This document shows positions 17,186 through 26,942 of a stretch of 64,000 nt of DNA, in pieces. The number at the start of each line of letters is the position of its first letter. Position 1 is the first letter of the stretch. Made by a program: the position numbers and the translations under genes. A model generated the notes under the pieces. That model was given only the letters and a program-made list of their open reading frames with translations, searched no databases and was not told the origin of the DNA. Origin of the DNA: Phycisphaerae bacterium (lineage in GTDB: Bacteria; Planctomycetota; Phycisphaerae; SM23-33); the NCBI GenBank assembly GCA_011050235.1, contig DRGC01000032.1, positions 30,042 to 94,041 on the forward strand. The letters run 5' to 3'.

Positions 17186-18634
17186 ATGGCCAAAGCTGCC
17201 GCACTGATCAAAACCAAGATTGTCGCCACCATCGGACCGGCCAGCCGGGACCGGCGGATGCTGGAGAGGCTTATGGCGGCTGGGGTGGATGTGTTTCGCC
17301 TGAACTTCTCCCATGGCGCGCGGGCCGAGCACGAACAGGCGCTGCGGACGATCCGGGCCCTGGCCGGTCGGCGGGGCGACGGGCCGGCTGTGATGGCCGA
17401 CCTGTGCGGGCCGAAGATTCGTGTCGGGCAGATCGCCGGCGGCGGCGTGCTGCTGGTCGAGGGCGCCGAGGTCACGATTCAGCGCCGCACCGTGGTCGGG
17501 ACAGTCAAGCGGTTCAGCACGACGCTGGCCGAGCTGATCGACGACGTGCGTAAGGGCCAGCGGATCCGCCTGGACGACGGCAAAATCGAGCTGGAGGTCA
17601 TCCGGCGTCGCCTGCCCCAGGCGATCGTCTGCCGCGTCCTGACCGGTGGAATACTGAGCAGCAGCAAGGGCGTCAACCTGCCGCAGACGGCCCTGAAGCT
17701 GTCGGCCCTGACGGAAAAGGATCGCGCCGACGCTCGCTGGCTGGCCAAGCAGGATATCGACTACGTGGCGCTGTCGTTCGTTCAGCGCGCCGCCGACGTC
17801 GAGGCCCTTCGAAAGATCCTTCGCGCCGGGGGCAGCGACGCGCACATCATCGCCAAGATCGAAAAGCCCCAGGCCCTCAAGAATATCGACGGCATCCTGG
17901 CCGCCGCCGATGGGATCATGGTCGCCCGCGGCGATCTGGGCGTGGAGATGTCGCTGCCGGAGGTGCCGCTGGCCCAGAAGCGCCTGGTCCGCCTGGCCGC
18001 GGCGGCGGGGAAGGTCTGCATCGTGGCCACCCAGATGCTCGAGACGATGACGGAATCCGCCTCACCCACGCGGGCGGAGGTCTCCGACGTCGCCAACGCC
18101 GTGCTCGACGGGGCGGACGCCGTGATGCTGTCGGGCGAGACGGCTATCGGAAAGTATCCTGAGAAAACGGTCCGCATGATGGACAGCATTCTGCGGGAGA
18201 CCGGGCAGTACCACGACGAGCTGCGCCGCGAGGGGACCGTCCGCATCGTGTTGCCGGAGGCCTCCGCCGTCGGCGAGGACCTGCTGGCCGTTGCGCGGGC
18301 GGTGGCGGCGCTGGTTGACGACGAGCGCGTCAAGGCGGTGGCGGCCTTTACGATCTCGGGCGAGACGGCGCGGGTGCTGTCGCGGATGCGTCTGCCCGTG
18401 CCGATTCTGGCGCTGACGCCTTCGCGCAGGGTCGCCCAGCAGATGTCTCTGCTATACGGCACGGTTGGGCGCGAGGCGCCGATCTGCACACACACGCGGG
18501 AAATCCTGGCGGTCGCGGCCGATCAGGCGCGCCGCCTTCGCTGGGCGAGCAAGGGCGAGAAGATCGTCGTCGCATCCGGCCGGCCGTTGGGCGTCAGCGG
18601 CACGATCAATACGCTCGTGGTGCACACCGTGTAG
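17186..18634 (+). CDS. pyk: pyruvate kinase
   Basis: MAKAAALIKTKIVATIGPAS...FRLNFSHG...MVARGDLGVE are present. The long N-terminal extension in the ORF track is rejected. Confidence 0.85.
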   Translation: MAKAAALIKTKIVATIGPASRDRRMLERLMAAGVDVFRLNFSHGARAEHEQALRTIRALAGRRGDGPAVMADLCGPKIRVGQIAGGGVLLVEGAEVTIQRRTVVGTVKRFSTTLAELIDDVRKGQRIRLDDGKIELEVIRRRLPQAIVCRVLTGGILSSSKGVNLPQTALKLSALTEKDRADARWLAKQDIDYVALSFVQRAADVEALRKILRAGGSDAHIIAKIEKPQALKNIDGILAAADGIMVARGDLGVEMSLPEVPLAQKRLVRLAAAAGKVCIVATQMLETMTESASPTRAEVSDVANAVLDGADAVMLSGETAIGKYPEKTVRMMDSILRETGQYHDELRREGTVRIVLPEASAVGEDLLAVARAVAALVDDERVKAVAAFTISGETARVLSRMRLPVPILALTPSRRVAQQMSLLYGTVGREAPICTHTREILAVAADQARRLRWASKGEKIVVASGRPLGVSGTINTLVVHTV

Positions 18635-18761
18635 GCCCGCGGGGCAGCGGCGCCGGGAGGCGACGTGATCGCCAGCGAAACCGACAGGTGACGCTGCAAC
18701 GGCGGGACGATATACTCCCGGTGGTTTGCGGCCGCCGCTGAGCCGTTTGGAGACGAACGTC

Positions 18762-19178
18762 ATGGCATTCAAGATCGAGCGAATAGAGGTGTGGTCGTCC
18801 AACCTCCACGACAAGCCGGGCGCGCTGGCCCGGAAGCTGACGGGCCTGACGGAGGCGGGGGTGGACATGGACTTCCTGCTGTGCCGCCGGACGTCCGCGC
18901 ACGCCGGGTTGGTCTTCGTAGCGCCGATCAAGGGCGCCCGCCAGATTCAGGCCGCCAAACGGGAGAAGTTCGAGCGAGATAGTAGTGTGTCCGTTCTTCG
19001 CGTCGAGGGCCCCAATAAGCCCGGGACCAGCGCGATGATTTCCCAGAGGCTGGCTCAGGCGGGGATCAACATCGCCGGGGTATCGACAACCGGGACTGGG
19101 CGAAAGTTTGTCGCGTACCTGGCCTTCGACGACACGCACGACGCCGCGCAGGCCCTGCGCCTGCTGCATAAGCTTTAG
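18762..19178 (+). CDS. ACT-domain protein
   Basis: Two ACT-like halves: MAFKIERIEVWSSNLHDKPGALARKL and SVLRVEGPNKPGTSAMISQRLAQAGINI. It lies downstream of pyk. Confidence 0.55.
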   Translation: MAFKIERIEVWSSNLHDKPGALARKLTGLTEAGVDMDFLLCRRTSAHAGLVFVAPIKGARQIQAAKREKFERDSSVSVLRVEGPNKPGTSAMISQRLAQAGINIAGVSTTGTGRKFVAYLAFDDTHDAAQALRLLHKL

Positions 19179-19228
19179 AACGCCGCACGGGGCTGTTGTG
19201 CGTGCCCTTGTCGGCGGGTGATTGATCT

Positions 19229-19894
19229 ATGATGCCTGGACTCATCTTTCTGTTTGTGGCTGTCTTCATCGTGATCGCGGTGGTCGGGGCCCATATGGCG
19301 GGCCAGCGGCGGAAGGTGGTGCGCACCTGGGCCCAAGGCAAGGGGTGGCGGTTCAGCCAGGACAAAGACCACGACCTGCACGAGAGGCACGATTTTGACT
19401 GCCTTCAGCGCGGGCGTAGCCGCTATGCCTACAACATCTGCCAAGGGCAGTGGGACGACCTGCCCGTCAGGGCGTTCGACTATCACTACACCACCGGCAG
19501 CGGCAAGAACCGCACCGACCATAACTTCTCCGCCGTGATCCTTGGGACTCTGGTGCCTCTCAAGCGGATGCTCATTCGGCCGGAGGGGGTGTTTGACAAG
19601 CTGACCGCGTTCTTCGGCCTCGACGACATCGATTTCGAATCGGCGGAGTTCAGCCGGCGGTTTTTCGTCAAAGCCGACGATCGCCGCTGGGCCTACGACG
19701 TGATCCACCAGCGGACGATGGACTTTCTGCTCTCGTCGCCGCAGTATTCGATCGCATTCGACCGGGATTGCGTCATTGCCTGGCGCGATCGGCGGCTTCA
19801 GCCGGAGCAGTTCGACGAGGCCATGGAGCTGGTCAAAGGTATCTTGGACCGCCTGCCGGACTATCTGATCCAGCAGCAGAGACAGGAGGCGTGA
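19229..19894 (+). CDS. membrane-anchored protein, DUF3137-like (LemA-associated)
   Basis: A single N-terminal TM helix. It lies immediately upstream of lemA, where DUF3137 proteins are often found. The family call is tentative. Confidence 0.4.
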   Translation: MMPGLIFLFVAVFIVIAVVGAHMAGQRRKVVRTWAQGKGWRFSQDKDHDLHERHDFDCLQRGRSRYAYNICQGQWDDLPVRAFDYHYTTGSGKNRTDHNFSAVILGTLVPLKRMLIRPEGVFDKLTAFFGLDDIDFESAEFSRRFFVKADDRRWAYDVIHQRTMDFLLSSPQYSIAFDRDCVIAWRDRRLQPEQFDEAMELVKGILDRLPDYLIQQQRQEA

Positions 19895-19929
19895 GCGTGG
19901 CTGGCCTGACATTGTTGGGTTTGGAATCG

Positions 19930-20487
19930 ATGGCGCCGGTGATTGTGCTGGCTGCGGTCGTTCTGCTTCCGTTGGTCTGGTTGATCGGGACGTACAACGG
20001 GCTCGTTCGGCTGCGGACGCACTGCCGCGAGTCGTGGGCCGGCATCGACACGGAACTGCGGCGCCGCTATGACCTGATCCCCAACCTCGTTGAGACGGTC
20101 AAGGGCTACGCCGCCCACGAGCGGCAGACGCTCCAGGCCGTCGTCGAGGCCCGCAGCCGGGCGGCCGGGTCGACCGGGTCGCCCGCCGACCAGGCGCGCG
20201 ATGAGAATATGCTCGTTGGCTCGCTGCGACAGTTGTTCGCGATTTCGGAGAACTACCCGGACCTCAAGGCCAGCGGGAACTTCCTGCACCTCCAGCAGGA
20301 ACTGGCCAACACCGAGGACCGCATCCAGGCGGCCCGGCGTTTCTACAACGCCAATGTCCGCGACTTCAACACACGCACGGAGATCTTCCCGTCGAGCATC
20401 ATCGCCGGGCTGTTCCGCTTCCGGAAGCAGGAGTTCTTCGAGATCGAAAGCGCCGCCGCGCGGGCCGTCCCAGCCGTCGACGTCTAG
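19930..20487 (+). CDS. lemA: LemA family protein
   Basis: The N-terminal TM then YNGLVRLRTHCRESWAGIDTELRRRYDLIPNLVETVKGYAAHE is the LemA signature. An alternative GTG start at 19891 overlaps the upstream stop. Confidence 0.75.
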   Translation: MAPVIVLAAVVLLPLVWLIGTYNGLVRLRTHCRESWAGIDTELRRRYDLIPNLVETVKGYAAHERQTLQAVVEARSRAAGSTGSPADQARDENMLVGSLRQLFAISENYPDLKASGNFLHLQQELANTEDRIQAARRFYNANVRDFNTRTEIFPSSIIAGLFRFRKQEFFEIESAAARAVPAVDV

Positions 20488-20542
20488 GGCATCTTCCATT
20501 TTCAGCTTCTCGCACGCGGCGTGGAGCTTTAAGCTCGTGCCC

Positions 20543-21184
20543 ATGCCTTCGACCCACCCGCCCCTTACACGCCGTCAGCGTCGGCGTCGGTACGTGGTGC
20601 GGCGGCTCCGCGGCGCGCTGCTGGTGGTCGCGGTGCTGGCGGCGCTGGTCCTGGGCGACCACTGGGGCCTGTTCGCCCGGCGTCCGACCAGCGACCCGGT
20701 CACCTACGACGGCAAGACGTTCACGGTCGTTCGTGTTGTGGACGGGGATACGATCGACGTGGATGTTCCCGACAAGCGGCGCCAGGCCACGCGCGTTCGC
20801 CTGTGGGGCGTCGACACCCCCGAGATGGCCAGGCGCGACAGGCCGGGCGACCATTTTGCCCGCGAGGCGACCGAGTTTGTCGAAGCTCTCGCGGGCAACA
20901 AGTCCGTCACGCTGCACCTGGAGCCCGGCCGGCGAACGCGCGACAACGACGATTACTATCGCCTGCTGGCGTTTGTGATCCTGCCCGACGGGCGAATGCT
21001 CAACCGCGTGCTGGTCGAAACCGGCCACGCCTACGCCGACCCGCGCTATCCCCACCATCTGCGCGACGAGTTCCTGCGCCTGCAGGATCGCGCCCGCCAG
21101 GCCCGCCTGGGCCTGTGGAAGACAGTGACGCAGGATGACCTGCCCTACTACTGGCGCAACACGCTCGACCTCGACCCGCCCTAG
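20543..21184 (+). CDS. thermonuclease (SNase-like), TM-anchored
   Basis: Start at MPSTHPP. TM helix. The SNase core is VVDGDTIDV...RVRLWGVDTPE...YYRLLAFV. Confidence 0.7.
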   Translation: MPSTHPPLTRRQRRRRYVVRRLRGALLVVAVLAALVLGDHWGLFARRPTSDPVTYDGKTFTVVRVVDGDTIDVDVPDKRRQATRVRLWGVDTPEMARRDRPGDHFAREATEFVEALAGNKSVTLHLEPGRRTRDNDDYYRLLAFVILPDGRMLNRVLVETGHAYADPRYPHHLRDEFLRLQDRARQARLGLWKTVTQDDLPYYWRNTLDLDPP

Positions 21185-21342
21185 TAGTCCGTAACTTGGT
21201 GGGTGGCACAGGTTGCTTGCAACCTGTGTTGCTACACCTACACGGCTTGCAAGCAAGCCGTGGCACCCAGCTTTCCTGCGGACCGGAGGCGAGTCGCGTC
21301 GAAACTCATCGGGGCGATCGGCCGATAAGTAAGTACCCCCCC

Positions 21343-21828
21343 ATGCCCAATCTGATCGACGGAAACAACGTGCTTCACGCCCTGGCGGAAGTCGGCCCCG
21401 AGCTGGGCAGATCGGGCCTGTGCGCGCTGCTGGCGCGGGTGGCCGACCCAAAAGATCCGACCTGCATCGTCTTCGACGGCCCGCGGCGAGGGGAGCTGCC
21501 GGAGGGGCTGGCCGAGGTCGGTATCGAGGCCGTCTTCTGCCCCGGGCGAAAGGCCGACGGCGTCATCATCGAGCGACTCCAGGCCGACAGCGCTCCGCGA
21601 CGGCTGGTCGTCGTCAGCACCGACCGCGAGATCCGCCGCGAGGCCCAACGGCGGCGCTGCCAGTCGGTGACCAGTGAGCAATTCTCCCGGACGCTGATGC
21701 GCGACCTGCGCAAGGCGGCCGCCCGAAAGGACCGGCGCGAGCCGCCCGAGAAGCACCAAGGCCTAGCCGACGACCAGACGGACCAGTGGCTGACATACTT
21801 CGGGCTCGGCGGCGACGGTTCGGACTGA
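21343..21828 (+). CDS. NYN-domain (YacP-like) predicted ribonuclease
   Basis: MPNLIDGNNVLHAL....IVFDG....VFCPGRKADGVIIE...VVVSTDREIRREAQ matches the YacP/NYN pattern. Confidence 0.6.
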   Translation: MPNLIDGNNVLHALAEVGPELGRSGLCALLARVADPKDPTCIVFDGPRRGELPEGLAEVGIEAVFCPGRKADGVIIERLQADSAPRRLVVVSTDREIRREAQRRRCQSVTSEQFSRTLMRDLRKAAARKDRREPPEKHQGLADDQTDQWLTYFGLGGDGSD

Positions 21829-21901
21829 TTCATCTTGTTGAAGCTCACACCCCGCATTGCAGCCGGGCGAGCAGAGGGTTGTCTCGGCCCATCGCCGAGG
21901 G

Positions 21902-22288
21902 TCAGTTCAGCTGGGGGGTTGGCTCTTCGGCTGGTTCGGTGGTTGGCTGGGTGGTCGCGGTTGTGAGGGGCGGGATGTCTTCGCCGATTTTCAGCAGCGT
22001 GATGCGGCGGGACCATTTCTTGATGAATGGCACGGTGGTGGTCCGGTAGCCGATCTTCGCCACGGCGATCAGTTTTGGCGGCTGGGGATAGTACCAGCCG
22101 AGCAGCATCGTTCCGTTCGGGCCGGTCCAGGCGACGACGTCGCCGGCGGCGTAGGGGTCGATGTCGGCATCCACCTGGGCCGCGTACAGCAGAATGCCGC
22201 TGGCGCCCGAGATAGGCCGGCCCTGGGTGTCTTCGACGATCAGGCGCGTGCACCCCGCCGACATCAGACACGTCGCGCAGATCCCCAT
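21902..22288 (-). CDS. lipoprotein (hypothetical)
   Basis: Start at MGICATCLMSAGC (lipobox). Thr/Pro-rich C-terminal tail. Confidence 0.4.
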   Translation of the reverse strand: MGICATCLMSAGCTRLIVEDTQGRPISGASGILLYAAQVDADIDPYAAGDVVAWTGPNGTMLLGWYYPQPPKLIAVAKIGYRTTTVPFIKKWSRRITLLKIGEDIPPLTTATTQPTTEPAEEPTPQLN

Positions 22289-22382
22289 CAAGAGCCAGCC
22301 CGCCCGTCCCCCCCGACAACGTGCGCCTGATTGCAGGAATTGTCCGTTCATCGTCTTGGCGCCCCAGCGCGCGGGCGGGCGG

Positions 22383-22898
22383 TCACAGGCCCAGATCGCT
22401 CTTGGTCAGAATCGCCTCGAACGTGTAGCCGGCCTTATCGACGTTTTCCCGCGCGCCTTCCATGCGGTCAATAGCGAACACGATGCGTTTGACGGTCGCC
22501 CCAGCGGCCGTCAGGGTCTCGGCCGCGGCCAGAGCCGCCCCGGCGGTCGTGCCGACGTCCTCAACCAGCAGCACGCACTTGCCGTCCACGGGCGTGCCTT
22601 CGATCAGCTTGGCCGTGCCGTAGTCCTTCTGCGCCTTGCGAACGATCACGAACGGCTTGCAGGCGGCCATGGACGTGGCCGCCGCCAAGGCAACCGCGCC
22701 CAGTTCGGGCCCGGCGATGAGATCCACGTCATCGGCGTAAGCGGCCAGGCACGTGCCCAATGCGGCCAGGATGTCCGGCTGGGTCTCGAAGAGATACTTG
22801 TCGAGATAGTACGAACTCCGCTGCCCGGAGCGCAACACAAAATCACCCTCCAGATAGGCCACATCGCGAATTCGCCGGGCAAGGTCGGCCTTGTCCAT
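22383..22898 (-). CDS. pyrE: orotate phosphoribosyltransferase
   Basis: Short-form OPRTase. The PRPP-binding loop VLLVEDVGTTAGA is present. Confidence 0.8.
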   Translation of the reverse strand: MDKADLARRIRDVAYLEGDFVLRSGQRSSYYLDKYLFETQPDILAALGTCLAAYADDVDLIAGPELGAVALAAATSMAACKPFVIVRKAQKDYGTAKLIEGTPVDGKCVLLVEDVGTTAGAALAAAETLTAAGATVKRIVFAIDRMEGARENVDKAGYTFEAILTKSDLGL

Positions 22899-23031
22899 GT
22901 GGGTCTCCTGTCGCCGGTGTGCGGAGTCACTCTATCGCGGCGGCGGCGATGCGTCAAGCCGCCCGCCGGCGGGGGGAAATCTCCACCAGCCCCTTGGCGA
23001 CGACGGCAAAAGAGACTATCTTGGCGGCCCC

Positions 23032-24732
23032 ATGACACGAACATCCAGCAGTGCAGACGCGTGGAAGGCGGAGGTCGCCTCCATCCGCGACACGGTGGAG
23101 AGCATCGGCATCGCAATCGTGATGGCGTTCCTGCTGCGCGCGTTCCTGATCGAGGCGTTCGTCATTCCGACCGGTTCGATGGCGCCGCGGCTCATGGGTG
23201 AACACTACAATCTTCGCTGCCCTTACTGCGGGTGGGAGTACGATCATGGCCACCAGGTGGTCGCCAAGATCGAGCGAGCCGAAAAGTACCCGCCTCGCGG
23301 CGCCACCTGCCCCAATTGCCGCCGCGAGTATCTTCTCGACGAGGCCCACGAGGCCCACATCGACGGTGGCGACCGCGTGCTGGTGATCAAGTACCTCTAC
23401 ACCTTCATCGACCCCAAGCCCTGGGACGTGATTGTCTTTCGCAACCCGCAGAACAACCGCGAGAACTTCATCAAGCGCCTCGTCGGCCTGCCGGGGGAGA
23501 CGCTGGAGATTGTCCGTGGGGACCTGTGGGTCAAGCGCCCCGGCAGCGACACCTGGTCCATCCGCCGAAAGCCCCATCACGTCCAGAAAGCGATGTGGCA
23601 AATCCTCCACGACAGCGACTATCCCCTGGTCAATCCCCCCCAGGCCCCGCCGCGATGGATCGCACCCACTGATGACGACGGGCGATGGGACCTGACGAGC
23701 CAGCACACCCGGCGGATGCGGTTCAAGGGCGGCGATCGCGGAACGATCGTTTTCGACGGCGCCAATGGGGGCTTTTTCCCCTTCTACGGGTACAACAAAC
23801 GCGACCAAGTCAGAAGTCAAATCCGGTATCAATACAACTACGATATCTGCAGCGATCTGAAGCTGTCGCTGGTGTTCACGCCCGGCGAGGCGGATAGTCG
23901 CATCGCGCTGGTATTCGATGTGCTGGACCAGCGTCTGGCCGCCGACATCAGCGCCGACGGGGTGGTCCGCCTGTGGCAACAATCTCGCCGGCCCGCCGAT
24001 GGGGCCGATGGGACGGCAGGCCAGCGGGCTGCCCAGTGGTTCGCCGATGGGCCATGGACGCTCTGGGAGCAGGGCTTGATCGCCCCCCTCCAGCCCGGCC
24101 GGGGCTACGAACTGGCCCTGACGAACGTGGATTTCCGCCTGACGCTTCGGATCGACGACGAGGTCGTCCTGGAGAGCACCGACCAGGACTATCCGGCCGA
24201 CTATGTTGCGGTCAAGGCACGGCTGGCCCCGCGGATATTGGCTGACACCCCCCTGCCCGACACCAAAGTCGCCATCTCGGCCGGCGGCGGCCCGTCCGAC
24301 CTGCTGCACGTGAGGCTGTCCCGTGACGTGTACTACACAGCAATGTTCCGCAGCCGGCCACAGGGCACGGCCGGGCAATACGCCCGAGACGATCCAGAAT
24401 ACAAGCGATTGCCGGAAGCATGGGACGCCAAGCCCGGCTGGGCCGTCACCGGGAACCCGATCAAGCTGGACGACGATTCCTTCTTTGTCCTGGGCGACAA
24501 CAGCCCCCAGAGCCTCGATTCGCGGCGATGGATGCAGGCGGCGCCAACCCTGCGTCTTTACGACAAGGGTCCGGGCGGCAAGACGTCGCGGCGGTACCAG
24601 CTTGGCACCGTTCCGCGGTACAACATCATCGGCAAGGCCGTTTTCGTCTACTGGCCGGCCGGGCTGCGCGTGCCCGGGCTGCCAAGCTTGCCGCTTGTAC
24701 CCAACGTGGGTAAAATGCGGCTCATTCGGTGA
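23032..24732 (+). CDS. lepB: signal peptidase I with large internal insertion
   Basis: Start at MTRTSSS. The TM is followed by IPTGSMAPRL (catalytic Ser box). The C-terminal FVLGDNSPQSLDSRRW has the GDNRxxSxDSR motif. A large insert (~300 aa by eye) separates the two boxes. Confidence 0.75.
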   Translation: MTRTSSSADAWKAEVASIRDTVESIGIAIVMAFLLRAFLIEAFVIPTGSMAPRLMGEHYNLRCPYCGWEYDHGHQVVAKIERAEKYPPRGATCPNCRREYLLDEAHEAHIDGGDRVLVIKYLYTFIDPKPWDVIVFRNPQNNRENFIKRLVGLPGETLEIVRGDLWVKRPGSDTWSIRRKPHHVQKAMWQILHDSDYPLVNPPQAPPRWIAPTDDDGRWDLTSQHTRRMRFKGGDRGTIVFDGANGGFFPFYGYNKRDQVRSQIRYQYNYDICSDLKLSLVFTPGEADSRIALVFDVLDQRLAADISADGVVRLWQQSRRPADGADGTAGQRAAQWFADGPWTLWEQGLIAPLQPGRGYELALTNVDFRLTLRIDDEVVLESTDQDYPADYVAVKARLAPRILADTPLPDTKVAISAGGGPSDLLHVRLSRDVYYTAMFRSRPQGTAGQYARDDPEYKRLPEAWDAKPGWAVTGNPIKLDDDSFFVLGDNSPQSLDSRRWMQAAPTLRLYDKGPGGKTSRRYQLGTVPRYNIIGKAVFVYWPAGLRVPGLPSLPLVPNVGKMRLIR

Positions 24733-25100
24733 ACCTTGCGAAACGGGCCAGCCCCTCTGCGCGATGGAGATTCTACAAGGGCCATACGAGGCGTTATACA
24801 CAATCGAAACTGTCTATTTTCCCCCTACCAATTTTGCCGGTTCATCTGGGACGGCTGTCTGCTCCGTAGAAATCATTGACAGCCGAGCCGGGAACACAGG
24901 CGGAAAGCAAAACGGCAAGACCTTATGTTAAAATGTGTTACAGGGACAAACATCCATGGCCAACTGAGGATTCCAACAGACCGCAACGCCAGTGCTTGGC
25001 TGATGGGTCCGGACCGGATGCATCGGCGCTTGCCCGCCCCTGAGTTTTGCACACTTTATCCACAAAGAGCGATAGGACCGAATAACGGAAATAAAGCCAA

Positions 25101-25838
25101 ATGATCCTGCTCCAGGCAAAGGGATTGGTCAAGCGGTACAGCGGGCGAACGGTCGTCGACAATGTGTCGCTGACGGTCAACCAAGGCGAAATCGTCGGTC
25201 TGCTGGGCCGAAACGGCGCCGGCAAGACGACGGCCTTCCGCATGATCATCGGCATGGTTACGCCCAACGGCGGCCGTGTGACCTTCGACGGGGTCGACGT
25301 GACGCACATGCCCATGTACAAGCGTGCGCGGCGCGGTATGGGGTACCTCTCGCAGGAGCCCAGCATCTTCCAGCGGCTGACGGTCCGCGAGAACATCATG
25401 GCCATCCTCGAGCTGATGCCGCTGCCCAAGGCCACCCGCAACGAGCGGTGCGACCACCTGCTGGAGCAGTTTGGTCTGACGGTCCAGGCCCGCCAACTCG
25501 CCCGGACGCTGTCCGGCGGCGAACGCCGCAAGCTGGAGATCGCCCGAGCCCTGGTGACCAACCCGACGATGATGCTGCTGGACGAGCCGTTCTCCGGCGT
25601 CGACCCGATCGCCGTGCAGGACCTCCAGAGAGAGATTCGCGCCCTGCGCGACCGCGGGATCAGCATCCTGCTGACCGACCACAACGTGCGCGAGACGCTC
25701 TCCGTCACCGACCGGACCTACATCATCGATTCGGGCAAGGTCCTGCGTGAGGGCCCCCCGCAGGATCTCGTCAACGACGAACTGGTGCGGAAGACCTACC
25801 TGGGCCACACCTTCCGCGGCGACGAGTTCGACGGGTAG
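25101..25838 (+). CDS. lptB: LPS export ABC transporter ATP-binding protein
   Basis: MILLQAKGLVKRYSGRTVVDNVSL..GLLGRNGAGKTT, an ABC signature LSGGERRKLEIARAL, and a length of about 245 aa. Confidence 0.85.
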   Translation: MILLQAKGLVKRYSGRTVVDNVSLTVNQGEIVGLLGRNGAGKTTAFRMIIGMVTPNGGRVTFDGVDVTHMPMYKRARRGMGYLSQEPSIFQRLTVRENIMAILELMPLPKATRNERCDHLLEQFGLTVQARQLARTLSGGERRKLEIARALVTNPTMMLLDEPFSGVDPIAVQDLQREIRALRDRGISILLTDHNVRETLSVTDRTYIIDSGKVLREGPPQDLVNDELVRKTYLGHTFRGDEFDG

Positions 25839-25870
25839 TCCCCGCTCCTCCCTGATCGCCGCGGCGGGCC

Positions 25871-26722
25871 TTAGGTCTCGACGATTTCGGGGATGAGGAT
25901 CAGCAGCGTCTCCACCGGCAGGCCGCCTTTGGTTTTGACCAGGAATTGATGGCCGACGGTGTTCGGTTCGCTCGCCCGCCCGCTGGGCCCGATGAGGATG
26001 AAGCTTCCGGTGGAGATCGTCAACTGGAACGTCATGCTCTCCAGGCCCGTCAGCGTCGGCCGGCGGGCCACCGACGTCCGGCCCTGGACGTTTCTGATAC
26101 GCGCGCGGCGGCGCCGGCTGCGGATCTGCGGCTGACCGGTGATGGTGAGCTGGTTCAGCTGGCCGGGCTTGGTCGCACACAGCATCGCCAGCAGATAGTC
26201 GCCCGCAGGAATGTCCCTGCCGCTGAGCGTGCCGTCTCGGTGAACGATGAACAGCGTCTTGGGCCCCTGGCGCTCCTTCAGCGCCACCGTGATGGGCTGA
26301 GACAATGCCCCGATGGTGATGGTCTGACGGACAGGCCGCCCGGCCAACTCCCCCAGCGCGCCGGCAAGTCGGTCCCACTGCTCCAGCGAGCCGACCCCCA
26401 CGCGAAGCCCGTTGGCCGTGAAATTGACCGATTGCACCGGCGAGACAACGTCCTCATCGACCGTGCTCCAGACGTCCTCGGAGGCGCTTGAAAGGCCGAT
26501 CGGCACGTCAACGACCGCCACACGCAGCCGTAGGACCCGGACGCCCTGGTGCTCATCCCGTCGATTTTCCCAACGGGCCTTCATCATCTCTTGCCCGCTC
26601 ACGAACAGAGGATCCTCGCCCTCATCGCCTTTGCATCCAAACAGCGCCACCGCCGCGACGAGCGCAAGGGCGGCGCTGGGGGAGATGCTCTTTCGGATCA
26701 AGCGTCGGGCGTTGAATCTCAT
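25871..26722 (-). CDS. lipoprotein (hypothetical)
   Basis: Signal/lipobox ALFGC. No recognisable family. Confidence 0.4.
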   Translation of the reverse strand: MRFNARRLIRKSISPSAALALVAAVALFGCKGDEGEDPLFVSGQEMMKARWENRRDEHQGVRVLRLRVAVVDVPIGLSSASEDVWSTVDEDVVSPVQSVNFTANGLRVGVGSLEQWDRLAGALGELAGRPVRQTITIGALSQPITVALKERQGPKTLFIVHRDGTLSGRDIPAGDYLLAMLCATKPGQLNQLTITGQPQIRSRRRRARIRNVQGRTSVARRPTLTGLESMTFQLTISTGSFILIGPSGRASEPNTVGHQFLVKTKGGLPVETLLILIPEIVET

Positions 26723-26791
26723 TCCATCACTGGATATCGGCTAAGTCTACGGGCCCTCTAAAGCGTGTTGCATTGGGGTGTGTCGCGCGGC

Positions 26792-26811
26792 GTCCCGATG
26801 TACATCGGGAC
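26792..26811. repeat. 20-nt perfect palindrome GTCCCGATGTACATCGGGAC
   Basis: A related copy TCCCGACGTACATCGGGA lies at about 51777..51794. It is adjacent to the REP-like element. Confidence 0.7.
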
Positions 26812-26830
26812 TGTCCCGCCGCGCAGCCAA

Positions 26831-26876
26831 GCCAGGCAAGAGCAGGCGGGACAGGAGCCCCGCCTGCCGACGCTAT
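26831..26876 (+). repeat. REP-like dispersed element, copy 1
   Basis: CCAGGCAAGAGCAGGCGGGACAGGAGCCCCGCCTGCCGACGCTATG holds the internal hairpin GCAGGCGGG/CCCGCCTGC. It lies 3' of a minus-strand gene. A second copy is at 58029..58074. Confidence 0.8.
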
Positions 26877-26942
26877 GAGCGAACGTCACACGCTCTAAAG
26901 CCGGGCAAATCGGCGCCGCTCCATGGGAAAAGCGATGTCTTC

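Noticed and set aside
19891-19929. GTG start for lemA overlapping the upstream stop
   Set aside because: It is possible, but the ATG at 19930 gives the typical short LemA N-terminus directly preceding the TM helix. I kept the ATG as primary and the GTG as the alternative.
22954-24801. 615-aa minus-strand ORF
   Set aside because: It is antisense to lepB, with no recognisable motifs.
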